A stretch of 64,000 nucleotides of DNA from NCBI RefSeq assembly GCF_001194135.2, contig NC_068998.1:9018483-9082482 (forward strand). The letters are read 5' to 3'. Shown here piece by piece: positions 61,593 to 64,000 of the stretch. Under the pieces are notes generated by a model. It did no database searches. It was not told the DNA's origin and was given only the letters and a program-made list of their open reading frames with translations. The stretch comes from Octopus bimaculoides (lineage: Eukaryota). The translations under genes and the position numbers were made by a program. Position 1 is the stretch's first letter. Every line of letters begins with the position of its first letter.

Positions 61593-61656
<64 letters not shown>

Positions 61657-61802
61657 TANNNNNNNNNNNNNNNNNNNNNNNNNNNNNNNNNNNNNNNNNN
61701 NNNNNNNNNNNNNNNNNNNNNNNNNNNNNNNNNNNNNNNNNNNNNNNNNNNNNNNNNNNNNNNNNNNNNNNNNNNNNNNNNNNNNNNNNNNNNNNNNNNN
61801 NN

Positions 61803-61843
<41 letters not shown>

Positions 61844-63198
61844 CATATACACATACATTCGTGGTATTCGTTTGTGAAACACAATAGTGATAAATTCGGG
61901 GCGAATCTTCGGGGACAAGAGAAGTTGCTGCTGCTTGCTTATAATTGAAAATTTTCTTCTGAAGCTTACAATAATGTACTGTTATACTAATAAGATTCTT
62001 ATTAATAAATATATACAATTACCACCATCTACTACTACTAGAATATTTGCTCCTACTATTATTACTACTGCTACTACTACTACTACTACTACTACTAATA
62101 ATAATAATAATAGTAATAGTAATAATAATAATAATGATTCATTGTTTTATTGGCCACAAGGGCTAACAAAAGCAATATGAAATGACAAAACCAGTCAATA
62201 CAAAGGGTTTTAGAAGGTGTAAATGAAATAACAAAGAAGTTGCTGTTTTGAAGATGGTGTTTGGAACTAAAATTAACCTGAAATTTTGGTGGAAGGTTTC
62301 TGTTTCAGCTGCTTTAAAACAGAAAGTGTGTATAGAACAAGGAAACGGTCTCAGGTGGAATGGAATCAAAGGAGTTAGTTAATACAGTGTCTGTGGNNNN
62401 NNNNNNNNNNNNNNNNNGGGGGGGGGTTGTCTGGCTTAGTCACACTTATCCACACACGGACACAACATATGCATAACTCCCTCTCGTTTGCATACATAGG
62501 ACCATCCACACACACACACAGAGCCATCCTCGCACACCCCTTCGGTCTCTTTGACACAGTGGAATTTCCATTGCCAATTTGGGAATTTAGCAGTCAGCTG
62601 TTGTGTGTTCCTTCCTGCAAGTTGAAAAGGATTCAGAGATTTGTTTGATACACAAGCTGTTTTTGGATAACCGTTTAAATAGGCCCCAAGGGAATACCCC
62701 CAGGCCTCTAGTGTAGCATTCATTTCAGCAGGATAATTATCATTTTTTAGTTCAGTACAATATGATCTGGAAATTAATCCCCCCTCCTGCCCCAAATGCC
62801 CATTTGGTACTTAAAAAAATCAGAAACCTACTTTATTCTCTCATCACAGTACCCCACACTGGGTCTATTTCCTGGACCAGGAGACATGGAACTTCAATTG
62901 ACATTACTGTAGTTTACTCAGCTGTAATTAGTATCTGATTGCTGGCACAGCGCTCTTTCTCTCTCTCTCTCTCTTTCTAGGTGTCACATCCTCAGTGTTC
63001 TGCTATAAAATGAATAGATTTCCTCTGAAATAGAGAAATTATGAGTATGTTTTATCTCTCTGCTTTTCTAAGCTTTAGAATAGATTTACTTCAATTCAAT
63101 AACAGAAACTAATTTATAAATTGGATGACTTATGCAACCTACACATAGTTTCAACTGCAAATGATAATAGGCAACAGGTTAATATACATAGATACATG

Positions 63199-63268
<70 letters not shown>

Positions 63269-63599
63269 ATATATGTATATATATATACACACACATGCAT
63301 ATATACATACATATATATAAATACATACACACACATATACACATGCATGTACACGCACGCATATATATGCATATTTATGTGTATGTTGCCTTGTCAGCAA
63401 ATTTCTCTAATTAACCAAGGAAGAAAATTGTTAGGAACAAGCCTTGGCTGTGGAATTTCCAATGTCTTGTAAGATTTTGCTTATTAAGCAGTTCATCTCA
63501 ATTTCCAAAAGAGTTTTGCAAAGGAACATTCTGGCAACTCTAATCAGTTCACACCGTTTTCAAGAAAGCGATTCAGCTGCCTGGAAGACAATGGAAAGC

Positions 63600-64000
63600 G
63601 CCGTTACTATAACGACTACTGTCACCTCTGTTGCTACTACTGCTAATCTCATCACCACTACCACCAATACTTCTAACACTGCTACCAGCACTGGCACTAC
63701 TGCTACTACTACTACTACTACTACTACTACTATCACCACTGCTATCACTACTACCACTTCTACTGCTATTGCTACTAACTATCACCACCTCTACTATCAC
63801 AAGCACCGCTACCACGACCATCAGTAACACTACAGCCACCACTACCAATACTACTACGTCACCACCAATACTACCACTACCAGTACTGCCACCACTACTG
63901 CCATCACTGCTACTACCACTTCTACTGCTATTGTTGATACTATCACCACCATCACCACCACTACCATTACTACTACTACTGCTGTTACTGCAACCACCAC
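63600..64000. repeat. Degenerate (ACT/ACC)n trinucleotide tract running off the window end
   Basis: Direct reading; similar tracts at 52930-53100 and 56430-56715. Confidence 0.9.

Larger units (their letters stand above)
1..64000 (+). other. Non-coding, repeat-rich animal DNA (octopus-like); probable interior of a very long intron of a + strand gene, or intergenic
   Basis: No recognisable coding exon; dense microsatellites and SINEs; the two strong AG|GTRAGT junctions are both on +. Confidence 0.5.

Noticed and set aside
1-64000. Most supplied ORFs (poly-YI, CV, HT, SL, X runs)
   Set aside because: They are translations of microsatellites, low-complexity tracts or N gaps, with no domain signal

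Overview
This is not a prokaryotic window. It is AT-rich, microsatellite-saturated animal genomic DNA with about 5 kb of N gaps, most of them flanked by (TA)n/(TG)n. The SINE families present suggest an octopus genome such as Octopus bimaculoides; that is inferred from recognising the repeats, not from a database search. I cannot support any intact protein-coding exon, and almost every supplied ORF is a translation of simple repeats or N runs. The window reads as part of a very long intron (probably of a + strand gene) or as intergenic DNA. It contains three abundant SINE-like families, a decayed mariner transposase, TTAA/CCC-ended (piggyBac-like) MITEs, RTE and CR1/L2-type LINE remnants, and an internally deleted Helitron that retains both ends and the helicase C-terminus. 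Most interesting observations: (1) two strong same-strand polypyrimidine-AG|GTRAGT junctions 25.2 kb apart, the signature of recursive-splicing ratchet points; (2) a minimal type I hammerhead-like motif of the Penelope kind inside a (TA)n-embedded element; (3) two LINE 3' ends that share a covarying stem-loop tail with the dominant SINE, pointing to its partner LINE; (4) two near-perfect hairpins, with 111-bp and 20-bp arms. All coordinates were read by eye, and repeat boundaries are approximate to a few tens of bases.
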